Assembly (NCBI GenBank): GCA_043811375.1
Contig: JBDRNJ010000011.1
Span: 1 to 57,828, forward strand
From: a bacterium
GTDB taxonomy: Bacteria > Zixibacteria > MSB-5A5 > GN15 > FEB-12
DNA length: 57,828 nucleotides
Direction of reading: 5' to 3'
Part shown: positions 10,231 through 20,056 of the stretch, one piece after another
How positions within the stretch are numbered: position 1 is the stretch's first letter
Layout of the letters: every line of letters starts with the position of its first letter
Notes under the pieces: generated by a model
What the model was told of the DNA's origin: nothing
What the model saw: the letters and a program-made list of their open reading frames with translations, nothing else
The model's database searches: none
Translations under genes and position numbers: made by a program

Positions 10231-10567
10231 TACTTCCTCCTTGATCTTGGATCGTTCTTGTTGTTTCCGTCGTTCCTTAGCCAAGATTCAATAAGAAGTT
10301 CCCTGAAAACGGCTCACCTTCATCACACTCAGAGACTGAACTCTCGTCAGGTTCTCAGGACCGCTGGGCTGACCCTTATCGGGTCAAACCACACTCAGCC
10401 CTTTTGTAACTTAACCGACTTGTACCCTTCGAGAAGACAGTTCAGTCAACTCAAAACAGAAGTACCTTGTAGTTCATATTCGAAAGATTACCGCTCGCTC
10501 ATGGAGCTGACAATCTCCAAGCTGTTGTTAGCCTGATGGTGATTCACTCACCTATCATCCGAGCTCT

Positions 10568-10596
10568 AATATAAGGCTAAGGGCATATCTTGTCAA
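10568..10596 (-). promoter_or_regulatory. sigma70-type promoter for the cohesin/dockerin gene cluster
   Basis: TTGACA-N17-TATATT on the minus strand, about 330 nt upstream of ATG 10230. Confidence 0.65.
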
Positions 10597-11421
10597 CAGG
10601 AAAAATCAATTCAATTTCTTTTTTCCTGTTTTCCTTTGTCTATAGTGTCTTTCTCAAATACACTCATGGCCGTTTTTCCAGGCGAAAAAAGGCCACTACC
10701 TCCTTTCTCAGGCTGTATTATCCAAATTCCCGGCACTGAAATATCAGCTTAACATTACAGAACCGGCGCTTTATATAGTATCGTCGGCTCCCGGGAGTAC
10801 CCATAAAGTGGGACTTGTTGAAAAACTCGAGATAAAACGAAGCAACAGATAGTTATCGTGACACGTCAAACAGGCGTGACTGGTCACTTCCACCGGACTT
10901 CCGCACATCTGACCGGAGTTGGACCACAATTAGTCCAAAATTGCCCAGCCGCCGGCTGTATTTCGCAACACAATGCAGAACAGTTGGTTACCATGCTCCC
11001 GCCGTCTGTTTAATCAGCGCCGACCCTCCAACAGACACTTTGCGGCACAATAACATATTGTGTTGCAATAAGATAACTGATGTCGCCGTTCGGTTAGGGT
11101 TTGGTTTACCTCTGGTACGGTGTATTCTGACTGAGGATCGTCCATAATTGATGATTCCCGCATTTGCGGGCTTGTTGATAAACCTACGATGTGTATTATC
11201 GAGAACCTGCTTAGGCGGACGTGGTGATCTCAATTCTCTGCAGGATACCGAGTTGTAGATTGTCACATCGCTTCAGCCGGCGGGCCTCCGCTCCCGGCAA
11301 TGAATTTTTCAACACTCCTTTGCAGGGTAGTTCATCAGGTCTTTTTTGTATTGACATACTGTTCTGGTAGCCTTTTATACCATCTAATCAGTTGTAAAAC
11401 CCTGGCAAGGACCCGCATATA

Positions 11422-12336
11422 ATGGCCCGTATTTCAAGACAGACCAAAGAGATAATCAAGACTGTCATAGTCCTGTTGATAGTAGCGGCACTGGTGGTGG
11501 TATTTGTCATCTACCCTCTTAACCGAGTCAGGGTCTCGATGGGTCGTGTTGATATGGACAGTTACAATCCGGATTCCCTGCCCGCTAATGATGCCGGCGC
11601 CTGGATAGAAGCCGGCCTCAATCCCGACACTTTCCATGTGGAATCCGACGGCCTGACCACCATTGCCTGTCTTTTTGTCAAAACAGGAGTTGATAGCGCC
11701 GGTCTGGCGGGGGGGACAGTTTTCCTGATCCATAACGACGGCGCTGATCGCGACGAGATGTTGCCTCTTGCACGGACTTTTCTGGACTCGGGCTGGGCGG
11801 TGACCGCTTTCGATCAGCGTGCCGCCGGCAGATCAAGTAACCTCTATCGCGGTGATGGTCAGTATGAGGCTTCCGATATCGTAGAAGTCATCAGACACCT
11901 CGACCTTCGCGGGCAGATTGTGCATCCGTTGATCGTGGTCGGATTCGGTGTCGGCGCCGACGCTGCTCTTCTGGCTGCGTTTGATGAAAAACGGGTCGAC
12001 GGCGTGGTGGCCGTCAACCCTTACCTTACAACCGGTCGAATGCTGAACAAGCTGAAAGAGCGGTACGATATGTACGGGTTCCCATTCTTCCGCACCATGA
12101 TGTGGTGGTGGTACGGTATCCGGTCCAGCTACGCCGCCTCTTATCGCGGGATCGACGATATAAAAGCAGTGAGCTGTCAGACACTGCTTCTGACACGCCC
12201 TGAGGTTTCGGCAGACGATGAAGTGGTACGGCTCAGAGAAATATCATCGCCGGAATCGCTTGAAACGGGGACAATTCCCACTGACGACACCGAACTCCAC
12301 GATCTGATTCTGCGCTTCGCCTCCGGCACCAGGTAA
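11422..12336 (+). CDS. Membrane-anchored alpha/beta hydrolase fold protein (degenerate active site)
   Basis: N-terminal TM helix; GWAVTAFDQRAAGRS; nucleophile elbow reads GFGVG. Confidence 0.8.
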   Translation: MARISRQTKEIIKTVIVLLIVAALVVVFVIYPLNRVRVSMGRVDMDSYNPDSLPANDAGAWIEAGLNPDTFHVESDGLTTIACLFVKTGVDSAGLAGGTVFLIHNDGADRDEMLPLARTFLDSGWAVTAFDQRAAGRSSNLYRGDGQYEASDIVEVIRHLDLRGQIVHPLIVVGFGVGADAALLAAFDEKRVDGVVAVNPYLTTGRMLNKLKERYDMYGFPFFRTMMWWWYGIRSSYAASYRGIDDIKAVSCQTLLLTRPEVSADDEVVRLREISSPESLETGTIPTDDTELHDLILRFASGTR

Positions 12337-12394
12337 CGATCGGCTGTACAACCGGCCACCGGGCACTAATACCGGGTGGCCGGACCAAAGGCTA

Positions 12395-13205
12395 TTAATC
12401 TCCGCTCAGAATGATGGGCAGGCTGCCGGCATCGTTCCCGATGATAATCACCTTGCTGTTGGGTGACTCGGAAATCTTCAGCGTTGCTTCAATACCCTTC
12501 CATTTTAACAGGGATGGTGTTATGCCGGCGCTGACAATCTTCTGGAAGTCGGCAATCCCCTGGGCTTCAATCCGTTTGCGTTCCGCCTCCCGCTTCTCCT
12601 TCTCAATCGTGAACTGCATCCGCTGGGCTTCCTGGTCCGCGGTCAGCTTCAAATTGATCGCCTTGGAGATTTCCGGAGGAATCAGCACATCACGGATAAG
12701 AACGTTCTCAATATTGATAAACTTATCCGCCATTGCTGACTGTAATCCCTCCATCACTGCGCTGGCGATTTCCTCGCGCTTGGTGGAATAGATCTCCTCC
12801 GGTTTGTAGCGACCGGCCACCGTACGTGCAATTTCCCGAATCGTCGGTGCGATGGCGACGCCATAGTAGTTGCGGCCGATGGTTACCTGCAGGGAATCAA
12901 GCTTGGGAGCCAGGGGCCGGTAGAGAATCGAAACCTCCAGCTTGATAGTGGCTCCATCGGAGGACAGAACCGTCAGGGCTTCCTTGTTCTCCTGAAGCTG
13001 GGTCTTGTAGACAAATATCGAATTCCAGGGCAGGTGCCAGGTGAACCCTTCCTGGTAAATCTTACCGAACTCGGTGCCGTCGCCAAACTTGTAGTAGAAA
13101 ACCCCCCGGTGCCCCGAGGGAACCTGCGTCCCGCAGCCCACCATCCCCAGGTGCCAGCAGTGCGATTACTACCAGCGGCAGTTTCTGAAAACGCCTCTGC
13201 TTCAT
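12395..13205 (-). pseudogene. SPFH/band-7/prohibitin family lipoprotein, frameshifted in the signal peptide (or sequencing error)
   Basis: The SPFH body 12395..13144 is intact (EGFTWHLPWN, LSSDGATI, AERKRIEAQGIADFQ). The ATG with a strong AAGGAGG SD at 13205 is 61 nt upstream, so out of frame. Removing one base near 13150 gives MKQRRFQKLPLVVIALLALGMVGC with a lipobox. Confidence 0.75.
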
Positions 13206-13273
13206 TGTACCTCCTTGTTCTGTGTTAGCAATGTCGTGAAGGAATTACTCGTGGTGTTGAATGATATTCAACA

Positions 13274-13328
13274 AAAAAGGTGCCGGCCACTCTTATTCCC
13301 GACTGGATCATCCACCGGGCACTCCGGC
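13274..13328 (-). terminator. Possible intrinsic terminator downstream of the lipoprotein gene
   Basis: GC-rich imperfect inverted repeat ending GGCCGGCACCTTTTTT on the minus strand. Confidence 0.4.
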
Positions 13329-13362
13329 TATACGTTTACTGCGGTATCCGATACGGCACACA

Positions 13363-14346
13363 CTAGCCATGCGAATAGACCGCCATACTGTCGGACCCGG
13401 TTCCGCCCGGGATACGCACCCGCCAGAACTCCCGCAGAAAGACCAGGTTCCACAATCTCGGATTGTTGGTTGGTGTCTTGAGAGTGTCAAGGTAATGGCT
13501 GCTGTCAGACCACCTGTGCGCCACGCTGTTGCCCCAACCGGCGTCGGTCGCCGCCGACATGAGTTGATAATATGAGCGGTTAGCCACATCCCGCGTCTTG
13601 ATCACCAATCGGTCGCCATCACCGATATTGGCGATGTCTGACAACTTGACGTACCGGTAATTGGTTTCACCTGGAATTTTTGCCGGAACAATTGAGTCTA
13701 TACGGTAGTTAGTGGAATCTTGGTTATAGGTCTTGAACGTATCGTTGTAATGGATTATGTATCGAAACGTTTCATACGGAAAGCCAACCGTGTCACCAGG
13801 GAAGGACAAACCGCCCTCAGCAGTAACCGTCACTCTCATAGTGTTTTTTGGAGAACCGGGATTGTATCCATATAGTTTCCAGCCTGCATATGGTTGAGTA
13901 TCATCCCCTATCTTCCGGAAATAGGCATAACGTGTAACCAGACAAGCCTCTTTAGTTTCGCTAGTGTCGGTTGGACACGTCCGGATAGTCCGTGTATAGA
14001 AGATGTCATCTATGACTACCTCCGCATCTCTTTTCAACCCGACATCTCCGAAATCTTTGAAGATACTATGATGATCCATGGTGAGTTCCATACTCCTGAT
14101 GATAGAATCGATGACAATGCGGTAGTAGCAAATGTCATCAAGTGGAATGGAGAATGAATTACTTGTAAAAAGATCGGAGGTGCGGAACAGATCACGCCCT
14201 TCTTCCGTCTCGGCCAGATAGCGCATTAACTCATCTTCGTCGATAAGGATCGGGATTTCCTGCTCCTTACCACAGACACATACAAGTCCCAGAACCACAA
14301 GCAGCAGCAACAAGAATCGTTGTCTTCTCTTAATTACATATTTCAT
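13363..14346 (-). CDS. Hypothetical lipoprotein; TAG stop may be premature (frame continues to 13336)
   Basis: Basic N-terminus, hydrophobic stretch and VCVCG lipobox-like motif. After TAG the frame reads CVPYRIPQ-TAA. Confidence 0.75.
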   Translation of the reverse strand: MKYVIKRRQRFLLLLLVVLGLVCVCGKEQEIPILIDEDELMRYLAETEEGRDLFRTSDLFTSNSFSIPLDDICYYRIVIDSIIRSMELTMDHHSIFKDFGDVGLKRDAEVVIDDIFYTRTIRTCPTDTSETKEACLVTRYAYFRKIGDDTQPYAGWKLYGYNPGSPKNTMRVTVTAEGGLSFPGDTVGFPYETFRYIIHYNDTFKTYNQDSTNYRIDSIVPAKIPGETNYRYVKLSDIANIGDGDRLVIKTRDVANRSYYQLMSAATDAGWGNSVAHRWSDSSHYLDTLKTPTNNPRLWNLVFLREFWRVRIPGGTGSDSMAVYSHG

Positions 14347-14369
14347 GTCATTGCTTTACGGCACGAACA

Positions 14370-16412
14370 TCACCGTCGGCGCCGATCCTTTTCTATCTTC
14401 TTTTTCATCTCGTTTACCTCGTCGCGGATAATCATGGCCGTCTCGAAATCCAGATTCTCAGCGGCCTTTTTCATCGCTTTCATCATGAAGGTCAACTGAT
14501 CCTCGCGGCCCATGCGAACGAAATTGCTGGGCTTATCAAAGGTTTTCTCCTCGACCGTTTTACTGTCGGCAAACTGTGTCGAGCGCAGGATTTCCTCGCG
14601 TGTCTTATAGATGGTTTCAGGGTTGATGTTGTGTTTCTCGTTGTAAGCCCGTTGCTTGGTTCGACGCCGTTCGGTTTCCTCGATAGCCTTGCGCATGGAG
14701 TTGGTGATCTTGTCGGCGTACAGTATTACCAGGCCGTTCTTGTTGCGAGCGGCCCGGCCGGCCGTTTGAATGAGCGAACTCGCCGAACGCAGGAAACCTT
14801 CCTTGTCGGCGTCAAGTATCGCCACCAGTGATACTTCCGGCAGATCCAGCCCTTCCCGCAGCAGGTTGACTCCCACCAGAACATCGAACTCCGCCAGCCG
14901 CAGGTCGCGAATGATACCGGTACGGTCGATTGTAGCGATCTCACTGTGCAGGTAGCGCACACGTATCGCCGCCTTTTTCATATATTCCGTCAGGTCCTCC
15001 GCCATTCGCTTGGTCAGCGTCGTCACCAGCACCCGTTCCCCTTTAGCCTGTCGCTGCCGGGCCTGCTGAAGCAGATCGTCAACCTGGGTGGCCAGTGGCT
15101 TGACCGTAATCTCGGGATCGAGCAGGCCGGTGGGGCGAATCACCTGGTCAACCACCACTCCCTCGGTCCGGGTCAGTTCATACTCCGCCGGTGTTGCCGA
15201 AACATAGATGGTCCGGTTCATCAGGTTTTCGAACTCCTCGAAAAACAACGGACGGTTGTCCAGCGCCGACGGCAGCCGGAACCCGTGCGCTACCAGTGTC
15301 TCCTTGCGACTGCGGTCACCGGCAAACATGCCCCGCACCTGCGGGATCGTCTGATGTGATTCATCGATGATCGTTATGAAATCACGAGGAAAAAAATCAA
15401 TCAGGGTAAACGGCCTCTCGCCCGGCCGACGGTCGGTCAGATGCCGGGAGTAGTTCTCGATTCCGGTACAGTAACCCAACTCGTTGAGCATCTCCAGGTC
15501 GTAATGCGTACGAGAATCCAGCCGCTGAGCCTCCAGCAGCTTGTCTTCGGTACGAAAGGTCTGAAGCCGCTCTGTCAGCTCCTCTTTAATTGACACCAGC
15601 GCTTTTTCCAACTGTGGTCGTGAAGTCACAAAGTGCTTGGCCGGGTATATCGCCAGTCGCTCTTTTTCGGCGATAATCTCACCGGTCAGGGGATTGATCT
15701 GTCTGATCCGCTCCACATCATCACCGAAGAACTCTATTCTGAAGGCGCTGTCATGATAGGCCGGTATTAACTCAATAGTGTCTCCCCGCACCCGGAAATT
15801 GCCCCGCGAGAAGTCGATATCATTGCGGTTGTAATGAATATCTATCAGTTTCCTTATAACGGCATCCCGCTCATACTGCGCGCCCGTCTTCAGAAGCAGA
15901 AACTGCCGCTTGTACTCTTCCGGTGAACCAAGACCGTAAATGCATGACACCGATGCCACGATTATGACATCCTCCCGCTCCAGCAGCGATGCCGTCGCCC
16001 GCAGACGCAGCCGGTCAATGTCTTCATTGACCGAGGTGTCTTTCTCGATGTATGTGTCGGTCGTCGGCAGGTACGCTTCGGGTTGGTAATAGTCATAATA
16101 GCTGACAAAAAACTCCACCGCATTGTCGGGGAAAAAGGCTTTCAGTTCACCGTATAACTGGGCGGCCAGAGTCTTGTTGTGTGATATCACCAGCACCGGG
16201 CGACCGTAACGGGCGATGACGTTGGCCACCGTAAAAGTCTTACCCGATCCGGTGACACCCAATAGAGTTTGATGTTTACGACCGGCCTTCAATCCATCCA
16301 GCAGCTCCTCGATTGCCTGCGGCTGGTCCCCTTTGGGAACCATGTCGGACCGCAACTTAAAGGGGGCGTGCGGATTCTTGCTTTCTTTGTGCGTCTGTGT
16401 TGCCATAGTCAT
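14370..16412 (-). CDS. uvrB: Excinuclease ABC subunit B
   Basis: [29 protein letters not shown] beta-hairpin, [18 protein letters not shown]-terminal UVR motif. Confidence 0.99.
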   Translation of the reverse strand: MTMATQTHKESKNPHAPFKLRSDMVPKGDQPQAIEELLDGLKAGRKHQTLLGVTGSGKTFTVANVIARYGRPVLVISHNKTLAAQLYGELKAFFPDNAVEFFVSYYDYYQPEAYLPTTDTYIEKDTSVNEDIDRLRLRATASLLEREDVIIVASVSCIYGLGSPEEYKRQFLLLKTGAQYERDAVIRKLIDIHYNRNDIDFSRGNFRVRGDTIELIPAYHDSAFRIEFFGDDVERIRQINPLTGEIIAEKERLAIYPAKHFVTSRPQLEKALVSIKEELTERLQTFRTEDKLLEAQRLDSRTHYDLEMLNELGYCTGIENYSRHLTDRRPGERPFTLIDFFPRDFITIIDESHQTIPQVRGMFAGDRSRKETLVAHGFRLPSALDNRPLFFEEFENLMNRTIYVSATPAEYELTRTEGVVVDQVIRPTGLLDPEITVKPLATQVDDLLQQARQRQAKGERVLVTTLTKRMAEDLTEYMKKAAIRVRYLHSEIATIDRTGIIRDLRLAEFDVLVGVNLLREGLDLPEVSLVAILDADKEGFLRSASSLIQTAGRAARNKNGLVILYADKITNSMRKAIEETERRRTKQRAYNEKHNINPETIYKTREEILRSTQFADSKTVEEKTFDKPSNFVRMGREDQLTFMMKAMKKAAENLDFETAMIIRDEVNEMKKKIEKDRRRR

Positions 16413-16618
16413 GTCTTATAAACGCCGACACCGGTAATATATTCAATTGAAACAATCCGACAATGGTGTTTGTCCCGACAAAACCGGCTATTATCCGGCC
16501 CCGGCGTGATTTTGTCGCACCTGAATTGAAGATAATGGAGGAGGCCCTCATCGTCTATTGGCAGGTTTTCGGATTTAACGAGGCTTCGCACAGCAAGCTG
16601 TGTCGCAATTAGTCAGAG

Positions 16619-16675
16619 GTGTGACCGCGATCTCTGATCGCGGGAGTATACTGCGATCACAGATCGCAGCCACAC
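16619..16675. repeat. Nested imperfect inverted repeat (hairpin of hairpins)
   Basis: gtgtgaccgcgatctctgatcgcgg-N7-ctgcgatcacagatcgcagccacac; each arm contains gcgatc-N3-gatcgc. Confidence 0.7.
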
Positions 16676-16699
16676 ATGCCAAGAGAGATTACTGCTACC

Positions 16700-18865
16700 T
16701 CAATAACAGGGTGGCCCAGCGTTGCCAAACAGGAAATTCATGTAGTAAACGACATCGGCAATGTTGATGATACCGTCGCAGTTGGCATCGGCGCGACCGG
16801 CGCCTCCGTCCGGCGGCTCCCCACCATAAGCCACGAACTGTATCAGTAGATTCAAATCAACCACGTTTGTCTCGTCATCCTGGGTGTAATCGCCGGCGAC
16901 ATAACTATCTGAGCAATTGTATTTCAGCAGCACCGTTCCAAATCCGGCAAGTCCGCCGACATCATGCCCACCGGCAATAAAGAAGTACAGGCTGTCTTCA
17001 GCGAGACCGGTCGGTATCCAGGAGTACGACCAGCCGTCAGCCCCGACAAAATCCGCTCCAAGAAGTTGGCGGGAAACATCCCAGGGCCAACCCAGTATTG
17101 ACAATAGCAGGTCAACCCGTTGCCAGGTACCGTTGTAGAGCAGTTCGCCGGTGCTCAATCCGGCACGCATCGGCATAGTCACCATGCTGCCGGTACGCGG
17201 ATCGGACACCCGCACCATGTAGCTGCCGTCCGGCTGCTCCCAGCCGGTAAAACCGTCGACCGCCAGCCAGATTCCGGGGGTCCCTCCCAGCGCCAGAACT
17301 ACCACTCGCTGCTCATCCTCGACCCACCGGCGCAACAGGAAATAGTCGGGATTGCGGTGGAAATCGAACAGGAGCTGACTGCCGTGTGCGGCAGCATACC
17401 CCTGCAATGCCTGCAGTAGGTTCTCATCGTAGGTTCCCAGATTCTCCCGCATGCGGGCTCGTGTTGCCAGCCGTTCTGCGACTGTGTCCACCGATAAAAT
17501 ATCGTAACCCTCTCTCATTACCTGCTCAAAACCACGGTCGAACCAGACCCTGACAGCTATGGCCGCTGCCACCGGTCCGCTGTAGTAATCACCGAACTCA
17601 CCGCCCGCGACAGGATTGCCGTCGTCGGGATTACCGTTATCATCGCCCAGCGTGAACTGGTTCAGTGTCACCATGCCGGTCGAGTAACCGGTCCGGGCGT
17701 CATGCCGGGAAATATCTACGTAGTTTAGATCCTCATCGCTGCTGCTCATCAACAACTCCAGCGGCGAACAGAAATCCGATCCGTTGGATGGAGAAGTAAT
17801 GGTCGGCACCGGTGGTGTCGGTTCCAGGTAGACTACGGCACTGTCGGATGAACTGCGGCCGAGCGTATCGAAAGCGGTTGCGCGAACAGTATAGACACCT
17901 TCCGACAATGACGAAAAATCCCAATCGAGACTGAATCCATCTCCGACATCGGAGTTGTTCAAACCATCCCGTAACGGTCGATAACCATCATAGTCGCGAC
18001 CGGCCTCGGTGTAAGCGCCCCCACTGGAATATTCGAATGAAACGTAGTCGATTATGTCCGAGCCCGAGGTGTCCCACACCCAAAAACCGGCTGACCCCAA
18101 CAGTGTATCATTTGACGTCGGCGCCAGAATTGTCAGGGCCGGCTCCGGCTGCTCGCCGCCACTGCCGCCGGTGATACCCACTGCGTAAAGCAACATCCGG
18201 CCCGGAAACGTGAAGTATTCGTTCTGATCACTGTTGAGGTCGATGAAGCCAATGGTGGAATCCCAGATGTTGTATGACGTGCACAGCACCGGGAAGGAAT
18301 CAGTGATAACGGCCGCACCGATCTCCGGAGCCAGGGAATTGCCGATATAAATTCCGGCAAAGAACGGCCCGGTGACGGCATAGGGTGTATCCAGCGGTAT
18401 CCATATTTCGTAAAGACCCTGAGCCGGTACCATTGTTTGCCACTCCGAGGAGATCGCCAGCAGTACACCGGGAACCGGACAGCCGGGAGTTGAGTTATCA
18501 GCGGCCTCAATATCAGCCGACACGTACAGCGGCGTTGCCGTCTCAAAATACATCTGAATGGCAATTTCCGTAACCATGAACGGATACGGGGCCGTACAGG
18601 TGGCAGCCGGGTCCAGGTATTCCTTGTACAGTTCAGCGCCGAAAACCCAGCCGTCGATTTTCCATACCGCACCGCTGTCGTGGCGCACCAGGCAAGTGTC
18701 AGCCGTAGCCAGAGACGGCCTGATCCGGATTTCTCCCGACAGTCCATCACCGATTCTCACCACTCGCGCCTCTTTCTTCCCGGCGGCGTCGATCGGCGAC
18801 GCCAACAGCATCATCATCAGACACCCGGCCATAGCCAGCAGATGCGGCATTGATATTCTCCTCAT
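16700..18865 (-). CDS. Secreted multidomain protein: beta-sandwich, Ig-like, C39/papain-like (probably inactive), C-terminal dockerin
   Basis: Signal peptide; Ig-like LSEGVYTVRATAFD; YYSGPVAAAIAV and GIWLAVDG resemble C39 Cys and His motifs; terminal GDYTQDDETNVVDL...DANCDGIINIADVVYYMNFLFGNAGPPCY. Start uncertain (18850-18874). Confidence 0.82.
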   Translation of the reverse strand: MRRISMPHLLAMAGCLMMMLLASPIDAAGKKEARVVRIGDGLSGEIRIRPSLATADTCLVRHDSGAVWKIDGWVFGAELYKEYLDPAATCTAPYPFMVTEIAIQMYFETATPLYVSADIEAADNSTPGCPVPGVLLAISSEWQTMVPAQGLYEIWIPLDTPYAVTGPFFAGIYIGNSLAPEIGAAVITDSFPVLCTSYNIWDSTIGFIDLNSDQNEYFTFPGRMLLYAVGITGGSGGEQPEPALTILAPTSNDTLLGSAGFWVWDTSGSDIIDYVSFEYSSGGAYTEAGRDYDGYRPLRDGLNNSDVGDGFSLDWDFSSLSEGVYTVRATAFDTLGRSSSDSAVVYLEPTPPVPTITSPSNGSDFCSPLELLMSSSDEDLNYVDISRHDARTGYSTGMVTLNQFTLGDDNGNPDDGNPVAGGEFGDYYSGPVAAAIAVRVWFDRGFEQVMREGYDILSVDTVAERLATRARMRENLGTYDENLLQALQGYAAAHGSQLLFDFHRNPDYFLLRRWVEDEQRVVVLALGGTPGIWLAVDGFTGWEQPDGSYMVRVSDPRTGSMVTMPMRAGLSTGELLYNGTWQRVDLLLSILGWPWDVSRQLLGADFVGADGWSYSWIPTGLAEDSLYFFIAGGHDVGGLAGFGTVLLKYNCSDSYVAGDYTQDDETNVVDLNLLIQFVAYGGEPPDGGAGRADANCDGIINIADVVYYMNFLFGNAGPPCY

Positions 18866-18892
18866 TCTGTTCAATTTTTGCCTCTCTCTTGA

Positions 18893-18919
18893 TTATCGAG
18901 CGTTTTCGCTTATACTTGA
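18893..18919 (-). promoter_or_regulatory. sigma28 (FliA)-like promoter
   Basis: TCAAG-N14-CTCGATAA upstream of the 724-aa dockerin gene. Confidence 0.4.
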
Positions 18920-18957
18920 CGGAAAAAAACTTCGTGGAAACCCTCTAACGACCGGAT

Positions 18958-19860
18958 ATGACCGAAACAAACAACACTATGATCACGGCCGGGGCAGCTA
19001 AACGCAAGCCATCCTGGCTGAGAGTGAAAGCTCTTTGGGGGCCTGATCATAATCAACTCAACCGCCTGTTGAAACGCCATCGCGTCGACACCGTCTGCCG
19101 GGCGGCCAATTGCCCCAACCGAGGGGAATGCTTCGGCCGCGGTACGGCTACTTTTCTCATTCTGGGTCCGGTCTGCACGCGTGCCTGTCGCTTCTGCGAC
19201 ATCAAACCGGGGATTCCCCTACCACCCGATCCTGACGAACCCCGACGGGTCGCCGCTGCTGCCGGTGAGTTGAAACTGACGCACATTGTCGTCACATCCG
19301 TTACTCGCGATGATCTGGCCGATGGCGGTGCTGCCCGGTTTGCTCAAGTTACCGGATTGCTTCGACAGACTCTCCCGGCGGCAACGGTCGAGCTCCTGAC
19401 TCCTGATTTCGCCGGTTCCACCCGATCCTTCAGACTTCTCCTGGATTGTACTCCCGATGTTTTCAACCACAACGTGGAAACAGTTCCCCGCCTGTACTCA
19501 CAGGTCAGACCACAGGCCGATTACCGCCGGTCGCTGGACCTGTTGGGCTGGATGCAGGAGAATTCGACAGCTATTACAAAATCCGGCATTATGGTCGGCC
19601 TGGGAGAATCGCTGACGGAATTGAAAGTCGTCTTTGCCGACCTGGCCGCCCGGGGCGTGGCAATTCTCACTATCGGCCAGTATCTGGCTCCCTCCCGACA
19701 ACATCTGCCCGTCCACCGCTACCTGCCACCGGAGGAGTTCGATATGCTGGCCGACGAAGCCCGGCAAGCCGGTATCCCCACCGTTATCTCTGCTCCCCTC
19801 GTCCGATCCTCCTACCGAGCCGAAAGGGCTCTGGCCGGCCGACTTGGCCGGCACTGCTGA
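18958..19860 (+). CDS. lipA: Lipoyl synthase
   Basis: RKPSWL, CRAANCPNRGEC, CTRACRFC radical SAM motif, FNHNVETVPRL, PLVRSSYRA. Confidence 0.98.
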   Translation: MTETNNTMITAGAAKRKPSWLRVKALWGPDHNQLNRLLKRHRVDTVCRAANCPNRGECFGRGTATFLILGPVCTRACRFCDIKPGIPLPPDPDEPRRVAAAAGELKLTHIVVTSVTRDDLADGGAARFAQVTGLLRQTLPAATVELLTPDFAGSTRSFRLLLDCTPDVFNHNVETVPRLYSQVRPQADYRRSLDLLGWMQENSTAITKSGIMVGLGESLTELKVVFADLAARGVAILTIGQYLAPSRQHLPVHRYLPPEEFDMLADEARQAGIPTVISAPLVRSSYRAERALAGRLGRHC

Positions 19861-20056
19861 TTAAGCACCGGACCGTCGACTCCCGGTTTAGCTCAACAAT
19901 ACTGTTACGATTACCAAACTCCGAGAAATCCCTTCTATCACTCCCGGTATAACCGGCCCGGTTCGATCAATATTAGAACAGAAGTCGATTGGACAGTGGT
20001 CTGTTGTCACGGGTATCCGATAGATGCATAAGAGAACCATGTAAGACAGGACGGTC

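Noticed and set aside
12356..13323. 12-bp direct repeat ccaccgggcact flanking the SPFH gene
   Set aside because: Both copies lie in GC-rich hairpins with no mobility gene; plausible by chance.
16413..16600. LexA box upstream of uvrB
   Set aside because: No convincing match to known SOS box consensus sequences.
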